This document shows, one piece after another, positions 26,901 through 34,713 of a DNA stretch of 64,000 nucleotides (positions within the stretch are counted from its first letter, which is position 1; each line of letters opens with the position of its first letter). The DNA is from an uncultured Geobacteraceae bacterium (GTDB taxonomy: Bacteria > Desulfobacterota > Desulfuromonadia > Geobacterales > Pseudopelobacteraceae). The notes below the pieces were generated by a model that saw nothing but the letters and a program-made list of their open reading frames with translations, was not told the origin of the DNA and did no database searches. The position numbers and the translations under genes are program-made. The DNA is taken from the NCBI GenBank assembly GCA_903925005.1, contig CAIYDX010000399.1, forward strand, positions 21,867 through 85,866, written 5' to 3'.

Positions 26901-27280
26901 AGCAGATTACGCTGACTCTTTCACCAGACAGCCTGGGTGAGCTTAAAATGAACCTGAATCTTCAGGGTCAAAAACTTTCAGTTGAAATCGTGACCGAAAA
27001 CCGGACGGTCCGGGATGCTATTGTTCAGCATACCGATGCGCTCAAGGAATCGCTGGCGCGCCAAAACATCACGATGGAATCATTTGATGTTACCACCGGT
27101 GGAAAAGGCTCGGAATACCAGGGGCAGAATCAGAGCGCCTGGCGTGAACTGGCCAAGCAGCAGCAACAGCAGTTCTGGACGTCAACAGGTGGGAATCGAA
27201 CTTCGCCGGCAAATATTTCAAGTGGCCAGTTGGCATACCAGAACAAAACTGAGCATAAAATGCTCGATATACATTATTGA
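23960..27280 (+). CDS. fliK: Flagellar hook-length control protein FliK (unusually long, repeat-containing)
   Basis: 1106 aa. AAAGGAGG RBS upstream. C-terminal Flg_hook-type domain (ITLTLSPDSLGELKMNLNLQGQKLSVEIVTEN..). Position between fliJ/ylxF and flgD. Confidence 0.88.
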   Translation: MNTGQINIALTQTVTQLVTQDQAVQVAGAMAGGEQNGANFAGLLNGIQAIAKVSVPSATGKTVQPQIGVTGKDQSAPNVTVEEPPADLTAQFQVSSHIAAASDSIAPKPDVSEKTVVADVAALPDVASQMALAAYLLAGRMPELNIPTSIPADAPQNVVKVTEQAPVIAAPAVATQSEQGTAGPVQASSQQPEVSPGKEVIAKSAAELNQYLQPETARSVTDDKRAVTTEEAVPVSPIAINAEQHAENANLVRRTTDEKSAQTSTPQSVQTDRMSQVKNINPHINDRLQNVANVPEQPAVIAAPPAAKISLERGAAEPTQGPSAQLSVTQVKEVVVQSVDAQNQHHRSETAQATVINMQSTTNVEAAPATPGTVKAEQHSGNIDLVHRTSVGEPVPGASLQPAQSDRMSEAGNTTPLSFAKLQNVAAASKQPAEVAAPTVTLPAEQVVVKPEPALHRAVPPVQSENMSETSKTIPLIVDKPQNETGDTEQPAVIAAPVVKLPTEQVMAESVFHHAVQPVQSDKMFETGTATSLIVDKPQNVAGKSAQPAVIVAPVVKLPTEQVVAELALHHAAQSVQSDDMSETSTKAPLIVDKPQDVAWGTEQSVVIAAPTVKLPTEQVVAEPALQRIVQMAESDVMSKADISIQPYNATLQNVAGGGETSTVKPPTVQVVAEPAAPSTIQMLQADSMPNVNIPTPLPVDKLQNVSVRTEQPAVAAPVVALQSGRGTEVPAHHQEAKSEPSGRVTSVNKWTSLVADTPKTETKVVDISALFPAPPVKAGVEQTIAEPVETAPVEKLAVPAVSLKSEQPSVHQAVSVPVSSPASELEISLSQPRPITARAAAAPVLADNRSAALVQEIRSVIRQRINPEQQIEKVQSGSNDQSTVKETASLLQAASSSSGLPGDSDTSRRNDNNQGQPDADSSNLMSAQQMRGQLGTEHQKVAALTTKVVQTEPVRQDIPEQIVQQVKERLVQHDVKPGNQQITLTLSPDSLGELKMNLNLQGQKLSVEIVTENRTVRDAIVQHTDALKESLARQNITMESFDVTTGGKGSEYQGQNQSAWRELAKQQQQQFWTSTGGNRTSPANISSGQLAYQNKTEHKMLDIHY
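24440..26110 (+). repeat. Nested degenerate in-frame tandem repeats inside fliK
   Basis: The anchor ATTGC(T/C)GCTCC (..VIAAP..) recurs at 24461, 24860, 25262, 25439, 25610 and 25781. The spacings are 399, 402, 177, 171 and 171 nt. Confidence 0.85.
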
Positions 27281-27297
27281 AAGTGAGGTGAGTGCAA

Positions 27298-27966
27298 ATG
27301 GGTATGATTAACAGCGTAACGGCAACAACCGGCACCGCTGCAGCGGATGCAAATATGAAATCGACCATGGGCCTCAACAAGGACGATTTTCTCAATTTGT
27401 TCGTCGCTCAGTTGAAAAATCAGGATCCGCTCAATCCGACAAATTCGGACCAGCTTCTGAGTCAGCTATCAAGCATAACGCAGGTTGAACAGTCGTATAA
27501 TCAAAATGCCAATCTTACCGCCTTGTTAACGGCACAGAATAATTCAGCGGCCATGTCCGCAGCCGGGTTAATTGGGGCTACCGTCCAGGCAAATGGCAAT
27601 GCTGTATCATTTGACGGCTCCACACCTACCACCATGCAGTTCAATCTGAGTACGGCAGCTAACTCGGCCACGGTCACGATAGCCGATTCAACCGGAAAAA
27701 CGGTAGCCACAACAACGACCGGGGCACTGGCCGCCGGCATTCAAACCCTTTCCTGGGGCGGTACCGACAGCAGCGGTAACAAGCTTCCGGCCGGTACGTA
27801 CACTTTCTCTGTAAACGCGACAACAGCCGGTGGATCGGTTGTGCCGTCTACAACTTACACAACAGGGACAGTCAGCGGAGTTTCATATTCCGGCGCTACT
27901 CCGACGTTAACAATCGGATCGGCGACTGTCAACCTGGCGGACATCATCGGCGTTACGGGGGGGTAG
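27298..27966 (+). CDS. flgD: Flagellar hook assembly/capping protein FlgD
   Basis: LGKDDFL-like motif (LNKDDFLNLFVAQLKNQDPLNP) and a FlgD Ig-like C-terminus (GTYTFSV). ATG 27298 follows GAGGTG. The listed ORF starts at GTG 27292. Confidence 0.92.
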   Translation: MGMINSVTATTGTAAADANMKSTMGLNKDDFLNLFVAQLKNQDPLNPTNSDQLLSQLSSITQVEQSYNQNANLTALLTAQNNSAAMSAAGLIGATVQANGNAVSFDGSTPTTMQFNLSTAANSATVTIADSTGKTVATTTTGALAAGIQTLSWGGTDSSGNKLPAGTYTFSVNATTAGGSVVPSTTYTTGTVSGVSYSGATPTLTIGSATVNLADIIGVTGG

Positions 27967-27974
27967 CCAACAAG

Positions 27975-28361
27975 ATGGTAGATCAAATCTTATTTCCAAA
28001 TCCGCTCAAACCGATAACAATTGATCGGACGCAACATCAGAAACAGGTAAATGGTCCGGTTACGGATTCGCCATTTGCCAGGGTGCTTGACCAGAAAATT
28101 CCGACACAAGAGGTAAAATTCTCACAACATGCGCAGGACAGGCTACGAGCGCGCAATATTTCTTTTTCAGCCAGCGATATTGCCAACCTTGAAGGGGCCG
28201 TAAACAGTGTCGCTCAAAAAGGGGGAAAGGAATCGCTGGTCATGATGGGAGATTCCGCACTGGTAGTCAGTATTAAGAACCGTACCGTGGTGACCGCCAT
28301 GGACCGGACTCAGATGAAGGGGAATGTTTTTACCAACATAGATTCGGCAGTAATTATTTAA
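27975..28361 (+). CDS. Small flagellar operon protein (TIGR02530-like) between flgD and flgE
   Basis: 128 aa. KFSQHAQDRLRARNISFS..LVMMGDSALVVSIKNRTVVTAM pattern, and the conserved location between flgD and flgE. Confidence 0.65.
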   Translation: MVDQILFPNPLKPITIDRTQHQKQVNGPVTDSPFARVLDQKIPTQEVKFSQHAQDRLRARNISFSASDIANLEGAVNSVAQKGGKESLVMMGDSALVVSIKNRTVVTAMDRTQMKGNVFTNIDSAVII

Positions 28362-28470
28362 AAGCAAATTTTGTAACTGGGCTGGTCCTCCGAGAGGAAG
28401 CCCCGAAACGCCGATCGATTGACGCGTTTCACATACTTAAACTCTCTCACACGTACAAGGAGGCAACACA

Positions 28471-30423
28471 ATGAGTGTAACATCCGCAATGTATTCAGGC
28501 GTATCAGGACTATTGAGTCAAGCTGAAGCCATAAATGTCATCGGCAACAATCTTGCCAACGTTAACACGGTCGGTTTCAAAGACGGCCGTACACTGTTTT
28601 CCGACTTGCTTTACACGAATATCGGCAACGGTTCACAACTTGGCAGCGGCACCCAGGTTCAGAAGGTGGGCAACCTTTTTGCTCAGAGTACGTTCCAAAC
28701 TACCTCGAATGTAACCGATCTTGCTATTCAGGGTAACAGTTTTTTTGCCGTCAAGGATCCCAATCTCCCGTCGCCGGTTACCCAAAACAATGCTCTTTTG
28801 ACACGCGCAGGAGCATTCAGTCTGGACAGTAACCTCAATCTCGTCAATCCGGATGGTTATCAGGTTCTGGATACCCAGGGGAATCCGATCAAGTTCAATG
28901 ATAACGCCGCAGCTATTGCCACGGCGAGTGCCGCAGTCCAGACATCGCTGACAACGGCTGCCACGGCGATCAACACCCAGGCTGCCAACCAATTCGCTGC
29001 TGCCGGTTTGGCAACTAACCCAGTTATTAATAATGCTGGTACTTTGGGGTATGGCGTTGAGCTTCCGGCTGTAGGTGGTGCCGGCGCGGGCGGCGATACA
29101 TTTGCCACCGCTGTTTTCAACGCTGCTGGCGGGGTGTATTCAGCCCAGGCCGCATCTATGGCTACTGATGCAGGTAACTTTGTTGCTGCGGTAGCAGCAG
29201 CGGCGGCACCGGCTGCAACTGTCAGCGAGACAGCCATCGCGGCAGCAATAAATACCGCTGCACAGGCTGTTGTGACTGCTGCCGGTGTCGGTACCACTGC
29301 TGCCAATCTTGCCGATACCCGGGCGACAATCACAGCACTAAACACGTTGGTCACCGCCAACAGCAACGCCTTTACTACTGGAGCTGTTATTCAAGCTTTC
29401 AACACATATCAAACAGCTCTGAACACTGAAAATCAAACAATCGCCTCGACTGCGCCCCTTTCTGAAATCAACAAGGCGGCCGCAATTCAAACGGCTGCAA
29501 CAGCAGCTTTTAATGCTAGCGCAACGGCTCTTGCCGCACCGAGTCCGTCCAGTGTTTCTGCTGCCAAGGCCTCCTTGGATGCATTGACGACGTTAACCAA
29601 CAACAGTACATTCACCGCAGCCAATAACACGGCAGCTTTTAACACGTTTCAAGTTCTGCTGGCCACCGCGAATACTAACATCACCGCGATTGCCCGGCCG
29701 GATGAAATAACCGCGGCAATAGCGATTCAGGATGCCGCCGCTGCTGCAAATACCGCGGCACAAGCAGCGGCAGCAACCCCAAGCGCGGCGAACAACGCCG
29801 CTGCTCAGACCGCCTTTAATGCGCTGACCACTCTGACCAACAACAGTCTATTTACCACTGCAACGTTTACTGGCCAATATTCGCAATTCAAGACAAACCT
29901 GAATGTAGCAAATACGCGGGTTAATGATGTCATGACCAAGGCCGCGACGGATGTGGCAGCCGGACAAACGCAATTAGCCACAGCAAAGGGTTTAGCTTTC
30001 GGCAAGATTTCGGGTGTTGATACCAGCGGCCTGATTACCTATCTGGGCCAAGATGGCGCCACCACTAACTACTACAACGCTTCCGGTCAGGTAGGTCTTG
30101 CCGCGACTGCCGCCAACGGCTTAACCGTGCAACGGCTTGCCGTGGTGAAGGTTGCCAATCCTAACGGTCTTGAAAATCTTGGCGGATCGCTTTTCAGACC
30201 GGCGGTTTCATCCGGAATCTCTTCAGCGGCATTCAGCTTGGCAACCAATTCCGCTAACGGCAGCAGTGAAGTGGTCAAATCCGACTCGCTGGAACAGAGT
30301 AACGTGGATATGGCGTCGGAGTTTGTCAGTATGATGCTGACCCAGCGCGCCTATTCCGCCAACTCCAAGACCATTACCACGGCGGATCAGATGACGCAGG
30401 AAGTGATCGGTCTCATACGATAA
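28471..30423 (+). CDS. flgE: Flagellar hook protein FlgE with a large Ala/Thr/Asn-rich central insert
   Basis: 650 aa. Canonical N-terminus (GLLSQAEAINVIGNNLANVNTVGFK) and C-terminus (LEQSNVDMASEFVSMMLTQRAYSANSK). AAGGAGG RBS. Confidence 0.92.
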   Translation: MSVTSAMYSGVSGLLSQAEAINVIGNNLANVNTVGFKDGRTLFSDLLYTNIGNGSQLGSGTQVQKVGNLFAQSTFQTTSNVTDLAIQGNSFFAVKDPNLPSPVTQNNALLTRAGAFSLDSNLNLVNPDGYQVLDTQGNPIKFNDNAAAIATASAAVQTSLTTAATAINTQAANQFAAAGLATNPVINNAGTLGYGVELPAVGGAGAGGDTFATAVFNAAGGVYSAQAASMATDAGNFVAAVAAAAAPAATVSETAIAAAINTAAQAVVTAAGVGTTAANLADTRATITALNTLVTANSNAFTTGAVIQAFNTYQTALNTENQTIASTAPLSEINKAAAIQTAATAAFNASATALAAPSPSSVSAAKASLDALTTLTNNSTFTAANNTAAFNTFQVLLATANTNITAIARPDEITAAIAIQDAAAAANTAAQAAAATPSAANNAAAQTAFNALTTLTNNSLFTTATFTGQYSQFKTNLNVANTRVNDVMTKAATDVAAGQTQLATAKGLAFGKISGVDTSGLITYLGQDGATTNYYNASGQVGLAATAANGLTVQRLAVVKVANPNGLENLGGSLFRPAVSSGISSAAFSLATNSANGSSEVVKSDSLEQSNVDMASEFVSMMLTQRAYSANSKTITTADQMTQEVIGLIR

Positions 30424-30449
30424 TTCGGCAAGCAGCCTGATATGAAGGC

Positions 30450-30483
30450 GGAGGCGTATCCCGATAATTCGGGATACGCCTCC
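30450..30483 (+). terminator. Strong stem-loop downstream of flgE (terminator/attenuator or mRNA-stabilising hairpin)
   Basis: Perfect 14-bp inverted repeat GGAGGCGTATCCCG-ATAATT-CGGGATACGCCTCC. No strong U-run follows. Confidence 0.5.
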
Positions 30484-30580
30484 GTAACCGTTTAAATGGT
30501 TGCAAAAACGGTCAATTCGTTTTACAAAGTGCGGTACATATTTAATTCATTGAATTCATTATTCATTCGCGGAGGATTAC

Positions 30581-31162
30581 ATGGCCAAAGATGAGCAAGA
30601 TCCCGCTGAAGGCGAAGGCGAAGGTGGCGGCAAGAAAAAAATGTTTATCATTATCGGTGCTGCGGTGGCGGTGGCGCTGATTCTGGGCGTTGTTGCATTC
30701 ATGATGATGGGCAAAGGCGACAAAAAGGCCAAAAAAGAGGGTGACGCTGCTCATACAGAGGGTGCGGCTGCACCTGAAGCCGGCGCTCATGGAGCTCCAG
30801 CCGCGGCTCCTGCTGCCGGTGGTCATGGAGGCGCTTCCGCAGCCGGCGCGACGGGTCCTGCCGCAAATATTTTCCCGCTTGATCCGTTTATCGTTAATAT
30901 TTACGACGGCCAGGAACTGCGCTATCTTAAGGTTAAAGTCGAGTTGGAAATGGTCAGCCCTGCCATAAAGGCCGAGCTTGACGGGCGGCTGGCTCCGATT
31001 CGCGATTCCGTGTTGATACTGCTCAGCGCCAAAACACTTCAGGATATTCAGGATGTTCAGGGTAAAAATACGCTTAAGGATGAAATCCTGGGAGCTATAA
31101 ACAAGAACATTCCTCCCGGCAAAATCAGCAAGGTATATTTTACCGATTTCGTAGTTCAATAG
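30581..31162 (+). CDS. fliL: Flagellar basal body-associated protein FliL
   Basis: 193 aa. Single TM helix and a Gly/Ala-rich linker. Conserved C-domain (FPLDPFIVNI..RYLKVKVELE..IRDSVLILLS..YFTDFVVQ). Confidence 0.9.
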   Translation: MAKDEQDPAEGEGEGGGKKKMFIIIGAAVAVALILGVVAFMMMGKGDKKAKKEGDAAHTEGAAAPEAGAHGAPAAAPAAGGHGGASAAGATGPAANIFPLDPFIVNIYDGQELRYLKVKVELEMVSPAIKAELDGRLAPIRDSVLILLSAKTLQDIQDVQGKNTLKDEILGAINKNIPPGKISKVYFTDFVVQ

Positions 31163-31180
31163 GTACTGTAAGTGGCTGCA

Positions 31181-32161
31181 ATGGAAAAAATACTCTCAAA
31201 AGCTGAGATCGAAGCACTGCTTAACGCCGTCTTTGAAGGCCGAATAGAGCCTGAAAAGGAACTTTCTAAAGCAGAGGGGGCCGTTACAACCTACGATCTG
31301 GTTAATACGGATGCTCATAAAGGGTTCGTTCCGAATCTGGATATCATCTACGATAGTTTTATCCGCTACAATCGCGTCAATCTCTCCAACCGCCTGCGTA
31401 AATCGGTGGAAATCAAAAAAATCGGGGCTCGCTCCTATAAATTCGACGACTTTCTCCAGACACTGCCGTCACCGGTCTGTATGGGAATTTTCAAAATCGA
31501 GCCGCTTAAGGGCGCCGCTCTGATCTCTTTTGACAGCACTCTGGTGTTGTCACTTGTTGACGGCCTCTTGGGAGGGACCGGGAGCGCAAAGGTTCCGATT
31601 GCCAATCGGATGTTTACCTCAATCGAGGTGCGTCTGATGGAAAAAATTGTCGGAGACGCCTTGCAGGATCTTGAAAAAGCATGGGCACCTCTGTATGCAA
31701 CACATATGAGTCTTCTGCGTATGGAAACGAACCCGCGTCTGGTTAATATCGTTCCGCCCGAGTATCAGATCGTCACGATGAGCCTCAAGATCCAGATTGA
31801 CGATGTATCCGGCAATATGATGTTTGCCGTGCCGTTCATGACTATCGATCCGATTAGGGACAAGCTCAAGACCGGGATGCAGTTCGATTTGATGGCGATC
31901 GATCCTCAATGGTCATTCCGCCTTTCGTCCGAGATGATGGAAGCTCCGATGGAGGCTACGGTCGAGATGGGAAATGCCAGCATCACCTTGCGTGAACTAT
32001 TGGACCTGGCTCCGGGCGACACCATCATGCTCGATCAGGCGTGTTCGAGCGAAATGGTTGTCAAGATCGAGGGGGTCCCCAAATATTTCGGTATTCCAGG
32101 GGTCAAGCATGGCAATAAAGCGATTCAGATCAGTAAGATCTGCAACATGAGGGGGCAGTAG
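31181..32161 (+). CDS. fliM: Flagellar motor switch protein FliM
   Basis: N-terminal CheY-P-binding-type motif ILSKAEIEALL, a CheC-like middle domain and a SpoA C-domain. The alternative GTG start is at 31172. Confidence 0.92.
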   Translation: MEKILSKAEIEALLNAVFEGRIEPEKELSKAEGAVTTYDLVNTDAHKGFVPNLDIIYDSFIRYNRVNLSNRLRKSVEIKKIGARSYKFDDFLQTLPSPVCMGIFKIEPLKGAALISFDSTLVLSLVDGLLGGTGSAKVPIANRMFTSIEVRLMEKIVGDALQDLEKAWAPLYATHMSLLRMETNPRLVNIVPPEYQIVTMSLKIQIDDVSGNMMFAVPFMTIDPIRDKLKTGMQFDLMAIDPQWSFRLSSEMMEAPMEATVEMGNASITLRELLDLAPGDTIMLDQACSSEMVVKIEGVPKYFGIPGVKHGNKAIQISKICNMRGQ

Positions 32162-32451
32162 TGAGTGATATGCCTGAAGAAACGCTTGATAAGAAAAATC
32201 TTGATTTTATCCTCGATATTCCTTTACAGGTGACCGTCGAATTGGGAAGAACCAAGATGCTGGTTAAGGATATTCTGCAGCTCAATCAGGGCGCGGTTGT
32301 TGAGCTGACCAAGCTGGCAGGTGAGCCGCTGGATATTTTTGTCAACTCCAAGCTGGTGGCTCGTGGTGAAGCGGTTGTCGTCAACGAAAAGTTCGGCGTC
32401 CGTCTGGTAGATATCGTCACCCCTAACGAGCGGGTGGAGAAAATTCTGTGA
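32161..32451 (+). CDS. fliN: Flagellar motor switch protein FliN (short, SpoA-domain only)
   Basis: 96 aa. LDFILDIPLQVTVELGRTKMLVKDILQLNQGAVVEL. Confidence 0.92.
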   Translation: MSDMPEETLDKKNLDFILDIPLQVTVELGRTKMLVKDILQLNQGAVVELTKLAGEPLDIFVNSKLVARGEAVVVNEKFGVRLVDIVTPNERVEKIL

Positions 32452-32867
32452 ATCGTGCGGTCTCCGCACTTCTTCTCTTCTTACCTTCCATAGCTTCGGC
32501 TGCCGACAGCGCCGGGCAAGAGTTCAGCTTTATGTCGAGTTTTCTGCAAATGATGGCGGCACTTGCTCTTGTTGTCGGTCTTATCCTGATTACCTGGCAT
32601 TTTTCCGGGAAGCTGATGAGGGGCTTGCCGGTCGGTCATCAACTGCTGTCAAAGCATATTCGCCTGATTGAAACCCGTTATATGGGGCCGAAGAAGTCTC
32701 TTTTGCTGGTTGAGGTCGGTGGGGAGTATCTGCTGCTCTCCAACAGTGATTCCGGCTTGGCGCTCATCAAGCAGATCAACATGCTGGAAGAGATAGAAGT
32801 TATCGAAGAAAAGCCGGAACAGAGCAGTTTCGCCATACTATTGAATCGTTTGAGAAAAACACCATGA
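32448..32867 (+). CDS. fliO: Flagellar biosynthesis protein FliO
   Basis: 139 aa. Signal-like N-terminus plus a single TM helix, then KSLLLVEVGGEYLLLSNSDSGL. Located between fliN and fliP, with a GTGA overlap with fliN. Confidence 0.75.
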   Translation: MNRAVSALLLFLPSIASAADSAGQEFSFMSSFLQMMAALALVVGLILITWHFSGKLMRGLPVGHQLLSKHIRLIETRYMGPKKSLLLVEVGGEYLLLSNSDSGLALIKQINMLEEIEVIEEKPEQSSFAILLNRLRKTP

Positions 32868-33631
32868 CCATCAGGCGCCACACAAAATATACTTTTATAC
32901 TTACTCTAACCGCGCTGCTGCTGTCGGCAGGTGCCTTGGTATACGCTGAACCGATCGCAATTCCATCGCTCAATATCGGGGTCGGCACCGCCACAAAGCC
33001 GAATGAAGTTGCGGTCACGGTTCAGATCTTCCTGCTGATGACGATCATGTCGCTCGCTCCGGGGCTGCTGATCATGACGACCTCATTCACTCGCATCTCG
33101 GTAGTGCTCTCGTTTCTGCGCACCGCGATGGGTACCCAGGCGGCCCCTTCTAACCAGGTTATCCTGTCATTGTCAATGTTTCTGACTTTTTTCATCATGA
33201 CGCCGGTTTGGCAGCAGATCAATAAGGACGCATACCAGCCCTGGAAAGCACAGCAGATCAGCCAGGAACAGGCCATGGATCGGGCTGTCAGACCGGTGCG
33301 CAAGTTCATGCTTTCCCAGACACGCGAAAAGGATTTGGCGCTGTTTGTGAGTTTGTCAAAGTTGCAAAGGCCTAAGAATGCCGAGGACATTCCCACACTG
33401 ACAATAATTCCGGCCTTCATGATTTCGGAATTACGCACTGCATTTCAGATCGGATTTCTGATCTATATTCCATTTATCGTGGTCGATATGGTGGTGGCTT
33501 CGGTTCTGATGTCGATGGGTATGATGATGCTGCCGCCGGTCATGATTTCACTGCCATTCAAAATCCTGCTCTTCGTTCTGGTGGATGGCTGGGGTCTTGT
33601 AATCAGTTCGCTTGTAAAAAGTTTTGGATAG
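32864..33631 (+). CDS. fliP: Flagellar export gate protein FliP
   Basis: 255 aa. Signal peptide and the conserved TSFTRISVVLSFLRTAMG and MISLPFKILLFVLVDGW blocks. Confidence 0.95.
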   Translation: MTIRRHTKYTFILTLTALLLSAGALVYAEPIAIPSLNIGVGTATKPNEVAVTVQIFLLMTIMSLAPGLLIMTTSFTRISVVLSFLRTAMGTQAAPSNQVILSLSMFLTFFIMTPVWQQINKDAYQPWKAQQISQEQAMDRAVRPVRKFMLSQTREKDLALFVSLSKLQRPKNAEDIPTLTIIPAFMISELRTAFQIGFLIYIPFIVVDMVVASVLMSMGMMMLPPVMISLPFKILLFVLVDGWGLVISSLVKSFG

Positions 33632-33642
33632 GTAACGCATAT

Positions 33643-33912
33643 ATGACCCCTGAATTAGTAGTACAACTTGCCCGGCGCAGTTTTGAAGTGACACTGCTGT
33701 TGGCCGCGCCGCTGCTGATCGCCAGTCTGGTCATCGGTCTTCTGATCAGTATCTTTCAAGCGGTAACCTCTATCAATGAGGCAACGCTGGCCTTTGCCCC
33801 GAAAATTATTGCCGTTATGGTCGCAATGATCATATTTTTCCCCTGGATGATGACCTACATGAGTGACTTTACCCGAGAAATCTATTCGTTTATCGCAACC
33901 ATGAGGCGTTAG
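33643..33912 (+). CDS. fliQ: Flagellar export gate protein FliQ
   Basis: 89 aa, two TM helices, SIFQAVTSINEATLAFAPK motif. Confidence 0.93.
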   Translation: MTPELVVQLARRSFEVTLLLAAPLLIASLVIGLLISIFQAVTSINEATLAFAPKIIAVMVAMIIFFPWMMTYMSDFTREIYSFIATMRR

Positions 33913-33918
33913 CCTTCC

Positions 33919-34713
33919 ATGTTCCCGCTGCTCCCATTTCCATCCCCTCGTGAAGTCATATATTTTATGCTGGTATTAAGTCGCGTGGCCGGTATTTTTG
34001 CGGCGCTGCCGGTTTTCGGCGGACGCCAGATTCCGGTCCGCATCAAAGCGGTCATCGTATTCATGATCACACTGGTCTGTTTCCCGACGCTTTCAGTAAC
34101 GATACCACAAGTGCCGTCAGATGCCTTTACTCTTGCCCTGCTGGCGTTCAGCGAAGTCATGGTCGGCCTGACCCTGGCATTCATTACCCAGATCGTATTT
34201 TCAGCGGTAGAGTTCAGCGGCCAGATCATAGGCATGCAGATGGGGCTGACCATGTCTTCGATTCTTGATCCCACCCATGGCACACAAACCCAGATCATGT
34301 CGGTCGTCCAATCTCTGTTTGCAACTCTTATGTTCCTGGCGCTCAATATTCACCATCTGTTTATCCGCGCCATAATCGACAGCTTCAAGGTGATTCCGAT
34401 CGGAGGATGGCGTCTGAGCGGCGAACTGGTGAATTTTCTCGTCATACGTACGGCAGATATCTTTATTATCGGCGTACGCTTGGCAGCACCGGTCATGGTG
34501 GCTTTGCTCCTGACAACGGTTGCTTTGGGCGTCATGGCTCGCGCCTTTCCGCAGATGAATATCTTTATGATCAGCATGCCGCTCAATGTTGGGCTGGGGT
34601 TGATGATTCTCGGCACGACCCTGACAATCTTTTTCCATGTCCTCCAAATCTCTTTCGGGAATCTTTCCGGCCAGATAGACGCGCTCTACCATATTATGAT
34701 AAAGGGGGGATGA
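33919..34713 (+). CDS. fliR: Flagellar export gate protein FliR
   Basis: 264 aa polytopic membrane protein between fliQ and flhB. Ends at TGA 34711-34713, in frame with flhB (see findings). Confidence 0.92.
   Translation: MFPLLPFPSPREVIYFMLVLSRVAGIFAALPVFGGRQIPVRIKAVIVFMITLVCFPTLSVTIPQVPSDAFTLALLAFSEVMVGLTLAFITQIVFSAVEFSGQIIGMQMGLTMSSILDPTHGTQTQIMSVVQSLFATLMFLALNIHHLFIRAIIDSFKVIPIGGWRLSGELVNFLVIRTADIFIIGVRLAAPVMVALLLTTVALGVMARAFPQMNIFMISMPLNVGLGLMILGTTLTIFFHVLQISFGNLSGQIDALYHIMIKGG

Noticed and set aside
28860-29366. 168-aa Ala-rich ORF antisense to flgE
   Set aside because: It mirrors the GCN-rich repetitive insert of flgE and has no independent coding evidence.
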